This document shows, piece after piece, positions 1 through 14,200 of a DNA stretch of 64,000 bases; the first letter of the stretch is position 1; the number at the start of each line of letters is the position of its first letter. Position numbers and translations under genes: made by a program. Origin of the DNA: Botryllus schlosseri (lineage: Eukaryota). Below the pieces are notes generated by a model, which saw nothing but the letters and a program-made list of their open reading frames with translations, had not been told where the DNA came from and did not search any database. The stretch covers positions 37,202,001 through 37,266,000 of the forward strand of contig CM119372.1 of assembly GCA_051294905.1 (NCBI GenBank), given 5' to 3'.

Positions 1-609
1 TTTCACCCACAACCTATCCCAAGCATCCTAACCTCCCATCCCATCCCATAATCCCAACCCTTCCTCAACCCATATCACTCCCCCACTAATACCCACCCAA
101 ATTATCCACCAATCATCATAAACGATCAAATTACGACTACAAAGACTTAATATGAACATTAGACGCATACGAACGCCAATTAACGGCGGCTTCTACTACG
201 ACTTCAACTACAAATTCGTCTTCGACAACGACTGCGATTAGATGACCCGATGATGGAGACGAGCCAAACCGAAAGAATTGCATTCATGATATTATTGATG
301 TTTTATGTATACAATATACATAATTGTATAAAAATCACAAAACGGGATATCTCGTCGAAGTAGGCTTGAATTCCTGCCCTCTTACTCTGCATTCTCAAGC
401 CTTCCTGTCCTTTGCGTCGGAGGGAAATGAATGGAAAGATCGGTTCTTCCCCAGTTCCATACCATTGGTGGCACTGCATTTATAAACACAGCAGTATTGA
501 CGCATTATATTCGAGTATGTGGTACTGAATATTTTACTTTATTTCCTAATAATTCTTATTATTGATGAAGAAATCAACATTTAACTCTAATCTTGTCGTT
601 TTTATACAG

Positions 610-1523
610 CAGTGGTCGGGAGCCTATGGCTCGCAAGCCATATATGGCTCTTTTGGGTATAAGATATGGCTCTTTGGCAAATATTTATTTTTGTATTGAA
701 TTGATCAATATTGCAACGAGTTGTTGGTAAATTTTAATCACGGCCAAAATAATTATTCTCGTGGCAGTACAAACATGTCTTTGAGAGGTAAAGACAATGT
801 CGTCTTCAGGTTTAGGGGCTCGTACCCCCTCTTTTCAAAATCATCAAATTTAAGTTACTGTCACGCCGGCGGCCAATATCACTCGCGAATTCTATGTACC
901 CGACCCGAAATCTTGAATTGTGCGATACGTTGATTAATCAAAGAGCATAGCACGGCGCCGTCCATTTCAAAATGCAGCTTACAAATACGCCTTGTCTTCC
1001 TTATCTACGTCGCGAAATGAACTGTTGTGAATGTGACAATTACAAACTCGAATTACAAACAGCGTCATAGCTATCCACGTTATTGATCGGTTAATATAGC
1101 TCTGTGTTACCGGCGATAAAATGTAGGCGTGTAGCGCAACGTTATGTTACCGCCGAATACTTTGAGAAGTCGATTAAGTATTTAGATTTTCGTAATCAGT
1201 TTGAAAGTCACATTCGATTAATATCAGTTGTAAAAAAATTCTAAGCTACATATGAATTACGTTATCAAGGGTGGGGCTTGGGCGCGTTTGTTCTATACCT
1301 CTCGTTTCGACCTTTATTTCCGAAGAATATATACGATATTTTACTGAGAAAATATGGCGCACACGAGGAATCACATATAGTGAGCTCGAATTAGTGCTAC
1401 CATGACGTCATGAATTTTCAATTGAAGCGTAACAGTTGATTGGCATGTGTGGCTCTTTGGGAGTTGAGACGGAAAAAATAGGGCCAATATGGCTCTTCGG
1501 ACAAAAAAGGTTCCCGACCACTG
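610..1523. mobile_element. Non-autonomous hAT-type MITE
   Basis: TIRs cagtggtcgggagcc / ggttcccgaccactg; perfect 8-bp TSD ttatacag (602-609, 1524-1531). Confidence 0.9.
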
Positions 1524-2043
1524 TTATACAGCCTGCACGGCTATTGGACTATAATGTAGTGCCAACTAGGCTTAAGTAAATGCAGCGTCCTCCGTTGCTG
1601 CGTCGTATCCATGGCCATTGTCTTTCGACCAATCAGCGCAAAGTTTGGTTTACGACCGTATATGGAAACAGTGATGTGTGACGGTAATCGTTACGACATA
1701 CTTTGCTATCTTGGCTTTATTTTAAATCTAGCTTACGCACACGACGTACGTAGGCTACGTAATCACGGCACATAAATAAAGAGGCTCTAAATTAAAGGCA
1801 TTCCCGGTTCAGTTTATACAACCTGTGGTTTCATCTGCTTTCTCGGCAAGCGTCCCAGTCTATATAATGAGGCGTCTTACATCGAATTTGAAGGAGACGC
1901 ACAGTAATAAAAATTGCCACAGCAATAAATTGCTTTAGCTCCACATCTCCATTGAACAGCTATCTGAGTGCCGAAAACTGTTGTTTTTGTTGTGATATAT
2001 TACTGCTTATTGGACAACAATAGCCTGTTGTCTGAAATTCTAG

Positions 2044-2206
2044 AAGCTACAGCAACCGATACATTTCATGATGCGAATATTGGCGATGGCGGATTTGTTT
2101 TCCGCATGTATCGAAGGTATTGTGAGTATCACTACGACTGCGACTGGTTACTTTTACTTGGGACAGACCGGTTGTAACATCCAGGGATTTCTGATTGGGA
2201 CCTGCG
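2044..2206 (+). CDS. Opsin exon: ICL1-TM2-EL1-start of TM3
   Basis: tag|AAG...TGCG|gtaaga; KLQQPIHFMMRILAMADLFSACIEGIVSITTTATGYFYLGQTGCNIQGFLIGTC(G). Confidence 0.93.
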
Positions 2207-5200
2207 GTAAGATTCAATATTTTCATGTCATTATCCTAATAGTTTTAATAATGAGGATATCATATGCTGGGATGGCGCAATGAGTAATACTGGCCAATAA
2301 AATTTCACTAATTTTTTAACGAGAACGTGGTTATATCATATGTATTTACTCCGCTGATCCCAAATCTGCCGTATTGCACTTCACGTTTCCAACACAATAT
2401 CAAATTTAGGTGTTCCGAAAATGCTTTAAAATCACCAAGTAGCTAATATTCATGGCAATTCAAATGTCTAGCATTTGGTTTCCTTTGTATAGATGGGTCT
2501 TGGGTCATCGCCGAAAAAACATCCGACAGCAGTATCAATACAGAGCAGAGATCTCAAACTCAAATGTGCTCGCGGGCCAGCTTTCCAGTTTCGACGACGC
2601 CGCGGGCCGCGGCATTTATAGGGGTATTCTATGTCTTTCCAAGTAGGCCTTATTCGGCGGGAATGAATTGTCCTATTGTAAGTGAGCCGATCCAGCAAAC
2701 TGACAGTGAACACCTATCGTCAAATATGATTTACTCTTGTATAAATTCAAGCCTGGCACGAAAAGAATCATCACATTTATAACTATTTGAATAGAATTGT
2801 TGTTGTACTTGCATTGTTGGGATCAAGTCACTACCTTCGAGTCACGAGTCATCTCGAGTCATTGCGGATTTTGACTCGAGTCAAGTCAAGTCAATCGATT
2901 TTCAAAGGTGACTCGAGTCAAGTCAAGTCACTCGTTTTCTGGAGGTGACTCGAGTCAAGTCGAGTCAAGTCAAGTCAAGTCACGAGTCAAGTCACAATTC
3001 AAGTCAAATTGAATTTTCAATGTATGAGGGATGATTCAAAGTCATTACACTTTGCTAGCTGTGTGAAAGACAGATTAATTGATCAATGCTGATCATTTAT
3101 CTTGAATCAAATAACGAATATCTAGTTAAATATACCTGCGAAAAGACGTTGTATCACTCACGCACACGTAGAACTGTTAATAAAATACGTGAGTAACTGG
3201 ACAGTCACATGCTACAGTCAGTTATTATCAGCCAAAATATAGGACATAATCAACATCTATACATCCGTGAGTAAATAAACGCCCCAACTATATTTGTTTG
3301 ATTTAAATCATACATAAAGGTTGGTAAAGGTGAGCATTGCGCAACGTAAGCATTGATCCGTCTAAGAAACAGAGACACATTGCTATTTAGAGTAATCTTC
3401 TACTACTATTACTACTACTACGACAACGCAAGCTGCGATACTTTAGTTTGCGGTCTATTTATTTGTGATCTAACAATCGAGGATCAGTGTATCGTACGAT
3501 CAGTGAATGACTGGTTGCTCTCACAAGTGACACCGGCGTATCTCGACCAATCCGAACATGCACAAGATACAGTGATTTATTCGACACCGTTTACTTGATG
3601 ACTTGAAATTGACTCGTAAATTTTGCTCCGAGTCACGAGTCAATGCGCATTTTTGAAGCTTCGAGTCAAGTCAAGTCAAGTCATTTTTCCAAAGTGACTC
3701 GAGTCAAGTCAAGTCATACGAAAAAGTTGACTCGAGTCTGACTCGAGTCTAGTCATGACTCGAGTCATCCCAACACTGTGTACTTGATATATATTAATTA
3801 TAAGATGTAGACACCATATGAGCGGACAAATGTATGATGGCATCATAAAAGCTATCGGGTTATAATTTTGCAGCGACCATGAATATTTTGAATTTAACAG
3901 ATTGATAATAGAGACTGCATGGTCTGATATCAAAACATTTTTAGGTTGAGCATTGTAATTCCAATCCAGGATTCGGGTATACTTTTGATAAGTAGGCTAT
4001 TATTCTCGTGGCCAAATATCTTCAAATATAGGAGCAGAAAAAAATATAAATATATTATAAATATATTATTGAATGTGTCCTAGTGATTGAAATGTCGTAA
4101 CGCCGAACGGGCCATTGTTGTTACATCGTTGGCGCGTAACACTGCGGTACTCGGTACTTGTAAGAGCCCTTAATAACATGGTTTAGCGACCAAAGATGTA
4201 ACTGACAGATTGCCAATGGTTGCCATAACTTCGTGCTTAGTTTGCGAAATACCAAGCTGCGACCTTCTGATCTATTACTATTCCCCTGATACGCGATTAG
4301 TTTGTTGCGTCCATGGTTCTAACAAATTCACGGCATTCCGAGTCACTCCGAGTCCACTCGAGTCATTTTCATTTTGCCATCGAGTTAGCCCGAGTCTGAG
4401 TAATTCTAAGAAAGGTCGCGTCCAAGTCCAACTCACAAATTTCAGTCACGAATCGTCTAAGGGTCCGGTTTTGTCATCATGAACTGGAAATGGGGCGAAA
4501 TAGTGAATCTTCCTCTGCATGGTAGCGTTTGTAATTGATGTGATAGTAAAGTTTGATGAATAGTTTCAGTCTTTCGGGGCAAGTTAAGAAGGAATTTTGA
4601 CTTTATAACCTGGAAAGATATATGTGACATTTATACATTGTCAAAGTATTAAAAATCTAAAATGTCGTCGCGGGCCGCACAAAATGCTCTGGCGGGCCGC
4701 GTGTTTGAGACCTCTGATAAAGAGGTTGTAGGATAAAGCGATGGTACATTGTTCTCGGTTTAGCTCCGTCACGCCTGACTTTGGGTATAGTGATAGATAG
4801 TCCAACATTCAATTCGTGAAAGTAGGATTGTCCTATTTTGCATACGGTCACAGGAAATTTCGGAATTGCGCACACCAATTTAACGGCAGAAAAGGTGAAG
4901 GAATATTGTAGGTAGACGATTGAAATCCTCTATAGTACAAGAAAGCCTCACTATATTCATCATTATATAGCAGTACTTTTCAACCTGTGTGGCGGTTCGC
5001 ACTAGTGCGAATGAAAAAAATTTCAGTGCGAATGATACGAGCGTGGTGCGAATGGTGCGAACGGCAAGCGTGGTGCGAATGGTGCGAATGAAAAATTCGG
5101 ATGAGTGCGAATTGAAATTGTCCATATTTCTCACTTTTTTCAACGTGGAATAATTCAAATAAACACGATATTAAGTATAGTGAGCCCGTAAATTTTGTCG

Positions 5201-8200
5201 TTTGGAAGCAATTCTAAAAACTTGTTGGTAGCTAGGCTTTTCTAGTTCACAAGTGAGGAAAGCTCCCGATGCGCGCATGTTGCAAAGTTTGAGATAATAT
5301 TTCCGCGCGAGAGGACCACGTCACTGCATGGAAAAAAGAAGGAGTTCAATCGGTATCAGTTGCTCACTTGCTCGGAAACATCCACCGTGTATGGATATTG
5401 TATACGGACCTTGTAGGAATATAGGTAATAGTAGCTGATGCCAGTGTTGACATTTGGCATATTTGAATGCAAGGTTTTGGAATTTTGGCACACATTCATG
5501 TTGGCAGCAGAATTTAGCGTTTCTTCAACTATAACAATTAGCCCATTAGATCTATAACAAGTGTTGTTTACTTGTGTACCTAACCAAGGATTAGAGGCTG
5601 TTATAAATAAAATTAGTGTAAGCCCATTAGTGTCTTACGTCCAATGAATATTCATCATGCATCACATCGAATTATTAAGTCACTGGGCAGTTTATCTATA
5701 CTAACCAGTGCAATGGCCTGTTTGTATTGCGAACTCCAATATTTAGGCGTATCCACGCTTTCCTGTTCTTGGACTGATGATCTCAGGCCAAGTCTAGATC
5801 GTGAAGGCATAGGCCTATATATAACATATTGGTGATTCCACTAAATTTGATACATCCTGATCCATACGAAAAGTCTGCCTAGTTCGTGTTCGTACCGCCT
5901 TTGTACTACAAACTTTGTAATACTACGAACTCTACCGGTTTAGCTTGAGCAGAGGAGCAGTGAGCACCCTCTGCAGAGCAAAATCAAATCCACCAAGCCG
6001 TGTGTCTTACGATATTCCTTATGCAGCCTAATTTAAGCTTAATTAGACTGTTGAACCTTATCACTCTGTATGTATAAGGATATGTGGGATAGTAAAGATA
6101 ATTTGGCATTATTTCAGTCAGTTTTCCAATATTGTACGATTGACCTAAGAGCCATCCTGCCGTTACTGCCCGGGCCGATATAACTGTGTGTTAATCATGA
6201 ATCTTATACGAGTAATAATTATTCAAGAAGGTGAAAGTGTTGGCTTTGACAACACAAGGATGCCGAACGTTGTTATTGAAAGATATGTTGATTTATGTAC
6301 TGCATAGATAAGAAGTGAATGAAGCCTAAGCTTGTCCATAAACAACAGTCATAAATTACTCGGATTGTGTGGGTTTGTATAGCCATGCAATCTTGATTTT
6401 AACGCCCACAGTACCATCCTATCGTCTAACATTAGGTTTACCATATTTTGGAATCGCGAAAGGAGGACTAAAATAAAAAAAATAGTTCAACTTTTGTTCG
6501 GCTCCCAAAATACCCTCCGGAGCGTCACTTCGGTGCTGATTTACGGCATCTCAGTTGAATTTTGCTATAAATTGGACCAAAATTCCTAAAAAGAGGACAA
6601 ATCTCGAAAAGGAGGACATTTAGGCGTCCTCGGAGAACATTTTCAAAAACCTGAAAAAGGAAGACAAATCCTCCTTTAAGCTTCCAAGGAAATCACTGCA
6701 CGATACCTCCGGAAAATTCCACAAACTTCTTGAGAACAACGGGAGTGCGATATCTGTGATTTTTCTGCTGCAGTGATTTTAATGCTTGATTAGTCAATAA
6801 GACGATACGCTAAATGCAAAATAATGAAGCTCTGTACCTCCAAGAAGCTCTTCGAATACAAAAGTGATAAGTTTCTACATTTTTATTTCGTTTACTAAAT
6901 TTCGGCTGACTGGAACGAATGAAATTATTTTTCAAAAAAAAGTGCGAATGGAGCTCAAAAAGGTTGAAAAGCACTGTTATATAGAATCGACATTCGTAGA
7001 GACCCCGGAGCAACGTTGAAATTAGTCTTATCTAACACCAAACTCAACGCAATCTCTCAAAAGTTTCTGGTTGTCGGATGCGTCTTACATATCAATATAT
7101 ACACGACGATCTCAATGGTGGAATATGAAACAAATATCGAGAGCATCGCCAATAAACTTTACGTGGCAATGGCAGGAGCCAATATGTCCTCACTCAGAAT
7201 TCGTCGCAACAGTCCATCCGTATGAATCAATCTGAAATCAATTCGCTGCAGCGCCTTGGTCCACAGGAAACTCATCGCGGCCTAATACATTTGAGTCCCG
7301 TATGCTACACTGTAAAAATTATTCTTGTAAAATTGCTTGTAACGAGCTTGCAAATGCTCGATGCAATCTCGAGGCAGCTTGTAACTGCAAAATGCAAGCA
7401 CATAACTAGCTGTCATAGGACGGTGCTTGTAAATTGTTTATATTTTGTGCAAGAAGAATTATCAAACGCAGCAGTCCGAACTCACTCCAGACTCGTGACA
7501 GACACGATGCCATACCAGACAGGATAACACACCCCGGACATAGACACGATGTCCGAGTGTCAACACAGTCCGCATACATCCCCCGACATGCCCCAGACAT
7601 GTCCCAGATATGATGTGCGCGTTCGACAACGCAGTTCGAACCCACTCCAGACATGCCTCGGACATGATGTCCGAGTGTCAACGCAGTTCGAACGCACCCC
7701 AGACATGTCCCAGACATCCTGTTCGAGTGTCAACACAGTTCGAACACACACCTCTGACATGATGTTTGATTGGCAACGCAGTCCGAACCTTTCTCCAGAC
7801 ATGCTTCAGACATGATGTCCGAGCGTCAATACAGGCCCAACACACCCCAGACATGCCTTGGACATGTCCCAGACATGATGTTCAAGTGTCATAACGCAGC
7901 ACGAACACATCCCCAACATGATGTTCGATAGCCAACACGGTCTGAACCTATTCATGCATCAGCTATGATGTCTGAGTGTCAACGAAGTTCGAACACCCCC
8001 TCCCCCCCCCCCCGACATGCACTGACATGTCTCGGACATGATGCTCGAGTGTCAACCGCGGTCCGCATACACCCTGAAATGATGCGTAATTGACAACGTG
8101 TTCCGAACTTATCTCCAGACATGCCTCAGACATGATGTCTGAGTGTTAATTCAGGCCGAACACACCCCAGACATGCCCTAAATATGTCCCAGGCATGATG

Positions 8201-11200
8201 CTCAAGTGTCATCACGCAGTCCGAACACATCCCTAACATGAAGTTCGATAGACAACGCAGTCCAAACTTACTCCAGTCATGCCTCGGACATGATGTCCGA
8301 GTGTTAACACAGTTCGAACACACCCCTGACAAGCCCCTAGATAATATGTGTGAGTTGAAGCGCTGTTCAAACACACCCAGACATCATATCTGGCGATAGG
8401 AAAATGCACAAGACACAAAATACGGTGCGATTATTATGTTGGTATTTTTCATTATCATCTTTATGTTCATTATATTTCAATATGAACTCCCGCATTCTGT
8501 TTGTAAAAATATATCACTGAGCGTTTCGGTTGAGCGGTTTAGAAAAAAGGCGCGAGAACAAGACGAGGAAGGATTTGGATTTCGATTTGAAAGAATCGCA
8601 ATTAATGATTTTTATCTGATTCAAAAACAATGGATATCGATTTTAGCTTAACTTTAAGATGAATATAAGTAGAAATGGACTTGAAATGTCTCATAACTTT
8701 ACATTCCAATGTGTTATTTGGATCAAATGCCTACTTTTTTCTGATTTGGACTTGGATTAGAATCTCGAATTCGGAACAGGATTTGGATTTTACAATATTC
8801 TAGCTGATCATCTCGGCGAGAATGGCCGATGGCGAACCAACCAGTTTTGCAGCGGTGCACGTTTCTTTCGTGTTGGTAAATAATTGATCAATCTTTGTGA
8901 TTTGATATATTTAAGGTTATTGAAATAGTCTTGGTTTCTATGGCTAACGTTCAAGCACAGTTGAAGTTGAAGGTGGCCTATGGTTACCGTTCAAAAGTGT
9001 TTAGAGTAAACTCTATCAGAAGTGAAAACTGCTGTATTACACAAATTTCCTGACAATGCTAACATTGAGAACTATGACAAAGATTTTGGCTGGGCTGAAT
9101 TTGATTGTGAAGTTGAACTACGCAGTGGCGATATGTTGGAATTTAGTGAACAGAAAAATTCAGGTAATTTAATGTTATGGTTATACGCGCTATAAGATTA
9201 CTGATATTTTTGTCTTGCAGAGACTTCGAAAGTGACAGATTTGCTTGGTGCTGGTGTTCGTAATTGAAATTGCACCAGTAACGTGGATGTATCATTAACT
9301 GAAGCGCAGACGAATGGTAAGGTTTTTTTGCCACCAACTGTATGACAGTGTATGACGGTGTATAGCAGTGTTTCCAAATATATTCTTACATAATGTGTAT
9401 GTGACATTCACAAATTCAAATTATAGACAACGCCATTGCTGTCAGTGTGATTACCAGTGAACTCGATACTTGGTGAATTCGGCCCCGCGAACTCGGCCCT
9501 TGGGAAATTTTGTAATAAATTGTATTAACAACTATTAATATGAATTAATAAACTACTAACATTATCATCGAGTGATTTGTCAATGTTGTACGTCAGGGCA
9601 TGCGTAGATCACGCAGTGCCGGCGTGATTAGATCACAGATTGCGTAAAGTTTGTGGGGCCGAATTCACCAAGTGTCGAGTTCACTGGCAACCGTCAGTGT
9701 TCATATTCTTGATTATAGTATAAGTATAGCTTTCTAGTTCCGGCGTTAAAATGTAGGCGTTTTGCACAACGTCATCTTACCGCCGAATACTTTGAGAAGG
9801 GAGAAGTCAATTAACATTTAGATTTTTCGGGATCAGTGCGACAGTTACATTCGATTATTATATACTATTTTAAATTTATCTCCCCCGCCCAGTAGCCTTG
9901 TTTGTAGCTAGCGCTTCCTTTGTGATCCAGAATTTTGTCTCATAAGTGACATTGTAATTGCAGGAGATACGTGCAGTGGTCTGCGAAATTCAGAACGATG
10001 CGTTTATGCTTCATCAATCATGATTGATCTGGAGCCCTCTACATCTATAACTGATGTACGAGCAGCCCTCGATGCAAGTAACCAGGAAGTTCTGGTCTTC
10101 TTGCTAACGAAGTATGAAATTGCTATTTTTGTGGCACATCAGTCGGGAACCACTGATTCATATCATCAATATAAAATTTCAGGTCGGAGAATCTTCGAAC
10201 AATGACGAAAGTGGGGCTGAACATAAGTCTTTCATATTATCGGAATCAAGTTCATCTAGCCCAGCCAAGGAAACGCTGATGAAAGCAATGAAAACCACTT
10301 TCAAAAGGCGTCGGTTTGACAGAAGCCTGCAACATGCAAATCGGGCAAGAAGCGATATCATAGGTTAGATTTCTGCTTGACGATAACTGATAAGGTTTCA
10401 GCTATTGGAGGGAATGAAGCTGATTAACAATGGTCTAGATCAGGGGTTCTCAGCCCTTTTTTGGCCGTGGCCCATTTTCCAGTTTGAAAATGTGCTGTGG
10501 CCCACCTGTTATCTAGAGTCATGATCCTGATCAATGCGTGGTAATCGACAGCGCCGATATGCCTATTCCTCTAAAATATGCGCATTTTTCTATCTCTGAT
10601 GATATAGACTTCCCGGGACATGAAATCGTGCCAGGCCCAACAAAATTTTTCAAGTTGAGTAAATATAATCCAACAAACGACCAACGAAATAATCTTGGGA
10701 TCATTCGAGCTCCCCAAAATGGGGGTTTGGGTGTGGTAGTTAGGGCCCTGGTAAATCATAGGCTAAAACTCTCAGTAGATAATTTTCGTCCGCTGCTCCA
10801 TTTGCGTCTCAAAACACAATGATCAGATCCCAGCATCCGCTGTGTGATTGGGACTTATGTTCCATTATTGTGGGGAATAATATAATCATTCTGGGCAAGC
10901 GTCGAACAATTCATTGGTGAACGGGGTACTACAGAGAAGTGGAGAAAGATTATCAATATACAAGCTGTACAATGTAAATTGTATGTCTTGTACCAAAACA
11001 ACTGAAGTTGCGATGTCAGAATATTCAATCCAATGATACCATCAATTCATAAGAATTTGTGTACTTACAGATTCTGCAGATAATTGGAAGGTCGGTATAC
11101 CTGCAACGAATCCTGTGGCAAATTCTTGGTTATAAACCAGGTTCGTACCAAGTACATATCGACACAGCATTACTATAAAGTTTACTTTACTGCGCTGATA

Positions 11201-14200
11201 ATAGGCTTACAGCTAGATATGTCAGTATAAGTCAGGGGCGGCCTACCCGCGGCCCGCGAGAAGATTTAGTGTTGCCTGCGAGGTAATTCTCGAAATTAGT
11301 TGTAACATCAGGTAAAATTGCAAGGCCAACCAAAATTTCATTAGTCTGACCGCAAAATTTGATAATGACTCAAAAATGATCAGTTCCGACGCATTGGCAT
11401 AGTTAAGGTACAGCCACATTTATCGCAGATCTTCATATATGGCCTTGAAGTAGAATATTTCGCAGCAGATTTATTTGACTTGAAGTTTTTCTTGGCACTT
11501 TGCATGATTTATTGTCACTCGACTTCTTGCATTTAGTATTGGAGCCCTCCTGAAAATTATAAATACGCGTAATTTGCAGAATCGTGTCGTTCAACATGCT
11601 ACATGTGCTTGCAGCTAGATCGTCGGCGATGAAACTTCGCACAAAATGATAGAGGCATGTTCACCGAAACCTTCGATATTGCTATGTCTAAACGCTGAAT
11701 TATCCTGTCCTTGCCAAATGAGCCCAGTGGTATACAAAAGCAACCCCAATATATGCAAGTAACATATTTATTGATCGAATTCATTCGTTATCTTTGAAAA
11801 AGTTTCACGCCTAGCGCAGCCAGGACATGAATGCACAGTTGCACTTCGCACACATAGTTTTCATGACATAATTGTATGAAAATTAAAGCGTAGTAATGTA
11901 AGCATTGTTTTCAACGTTACCTAATTCGGTACGCTCCTATCGGACGACTAAAAAAAGGTCATCAACATTCATGTGGCCCGCGTAATTGTTCCTAAATCTC
12001 GTGTGTCCCTTTGGCCGAAAAGGTTTGCCACCTCTGGTATAATTGCTGTCATAGTCATCATTTTGACCTAATACATCAGCCATTATTACTCTGAAATTAT
12101 ATAGCTATCATAGGCTATATAATTTCATACTTTCCTTGCCTTTCAGTATACAGTTATGTGCTCTCTTTTTTCAGGATAATTCAGAACCAACCCAACCCAA
12201 TCATACATCTTGACACTCAAGAGATCAAGTGGACGGTGCACTTCGACGGGCTAGTGATAAATGACGTGGTAGATTTCTCATATGCTTTAGCTTTGTGTCA
12301 CTGCATTGGGTATTCAATATCCAGTTCGCACGCGGTATGAATATTACTCTACATTTCTTGTCCATCCGCATTGCAAGAATGAAAGGGCTGCGTATGCCGT
12401 CTGCAGTCGCTTCAATGGGTGATAAAAATTGATGTGCAGTTTTGAAATTCATTTGATCATTGATATACAAATTGGTAAGTTATGAAGTAGTTTTGCTTTT
12501 TGGGGTGCTAAAGTAGATTTTGCCTCAAGTGATTATGTTTTCAGCATACTTCATTACTTGACAGTTTTGATGCTGCAAAGTATAAATCGGTATGGAATAG
12601 GTTTGTACTGGACCAAATAATTTACTTTCAAAACTACATGAGTTCTTGTCAAACAATTCATCTTCAGCATGCTGTCTTCAAGCTGCACTATTGTGGAATA
12701 AATTTAGTTGTAACGCTCATGAGCTTGCCTTTACACATTTTTAATATTATTGCTTCTTGCATGAATATTCGAGTTAGCGTGCTGGGTCTGCTGCAGGCCA
12801 AGTCATGCAAATATTGTCTTTACACAATTGCTTTTTCTAGTGCTGCTGTTTATTGTCCATCTGTGCTTGAGCTGTATATTGCCTGCTGATCAGCTGCGGT
12901 TAATTGGATGTAAATAAATGAGTTTTTTGCTATGTATTTGCGAACAATCATGGCCACCGAATACATTGGGTCTTTCTGGTTATAGGTACTGCCAGTCCAG
13001 GTGCAAGATTTAGGTATACTGAGAGAGATAAAAGAGAGATTTACAAGCTATGGGCTTGTATTGAGTTAACAAGAATTAGCCTGTAAGCTTGTAATGAGTT
13101 ACAAGAAAATGCCTGTAAGCTTGTAATCGAGTCTAGCATGTTTTTTCTTGTTTATTACAAGAATAATTTTTACAGTGTAGCAGAGAATCGGTAGTAATGG
13201 ATAAGTCCTTATGCGATAACCGCATGTGTGATGGTATGATGTCGCCAATGCCGATACACTAATACATTTGATATGGCTAAATTTGTTTGCGTACGGAAGT
13301 TGACATCGCCGCTAGGTAAACAATTTCACCATTCTGGGCTGTTGCTACGTGGTGATTAGGCATTGTCTGCCTGCTTAAATTCCGTCAAACATGTAGCAGA
13401 ATTATCAACCTTTCTCATACCACGAAAATAACGCACCAAATGACGTCAATTGACATATCTATTCATTTAAAGAGAAGGTAAGATCCCGTTGCCAAGAAAT
13501 GTTCGGGATAAGGTTAAATCAGTTTCAAATTTCAACAGAAATATTGCTGTTGCGCTGGGTCTAATGGTTTGAAATCATAAGTATATTTTAATGATAAAGA
13601 ATGTTTTTTATTCATAGTAACTTATATGAAATGTTGAGTACACGTTAAGATGCATGCTGTGTAAGATGAAACAGTGGCGTAAATCTATTGCACTCAACGA
13701 CGTTAATTTCAGTCGCCCGACTGAGTTGTTCATGGATTAAATTTTATTTATTTTTAAACACTGTCCATCGAATCAGCAGCTCTTCGTGGCTCGAAATTTT
13801 GTACGGAGCCACTTAGTGATATCGATTTGCTTCGTTGGTAACGCTAATAATTTGAGAAATGAATATGTACATACTTGACAACATTACACGCCCCCACATC
13901 TGAAACTTCAAAGTCCATACCCAATCTTCTACAACAGGGATGTCGAACTCCACTTGGGTCACGGGCTGGATTCAAATATTTCGATCGCTCGCAGGCCCTA
14001 CGTGTCAATTCATTCCAGAATATTACATCAAATCCAAACCTTCGTGTTTTACTGGAATGCCATATCATCAAGGCTATGCAGTAGGGGAGATGTGGTACCG
14101 ATGGATCACTGGGACCGAAAATACTTCGAAAATTCTCTATGTTAATTCCATGATTACACTCCGTGAACTTGTCTACAATTGCATGCTGGCAAAATCTTTC

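Larger units (their letters stand above)
7308..13177 (+). mobile_element. CACTA/EnSpm-like (CMC) DNA transposon, degenerate, with accessory-gene remnants
   Basis: TIRs cactgtaaaaattattcttgtaa / ttacaagaataatttttacagtg flanked by TA. Decayed exon-like segments near 8940-9140, 9960-10390, 11070-11140 and 12175-12430 (..HFDGLVINDVVDFSYALAL../HWVFNIQFARGMNITLHFL) resemble the C-terminus of animal CACTA accessory proteins. Confidence 0.75.

Noticed and set aside
2493..2643. Candidate next opsin exon after a good acceptor
   Set aside because: The translation is not opsin-like and runs into the hAT TIR at 2546; the true TM3 exon is at 15690-15794.
2830..3010. GACTCGAGTC/CAAGT arrays (also 25490-25650 and the GGAGTC arrays at 39290 and 41150) as CRISPR-like repeats
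   Set aside because: There are no regular unique spacers, no cas genes and the context is eukaryotic; they are subterminal repeats of TIR elements.
5949..5976. Hairpin containing CAGTGA, possible iron-responsive element
   Set aside because: It lacks the 5-bp upper stem and bulged C geometry and is intronic.
6260..6307. VIERYVDLC motif resembling the ERY region
   Set aside because: There is no preceding hydrophobic helix, an in-frame stop follows, and there are no suitable splice sites.
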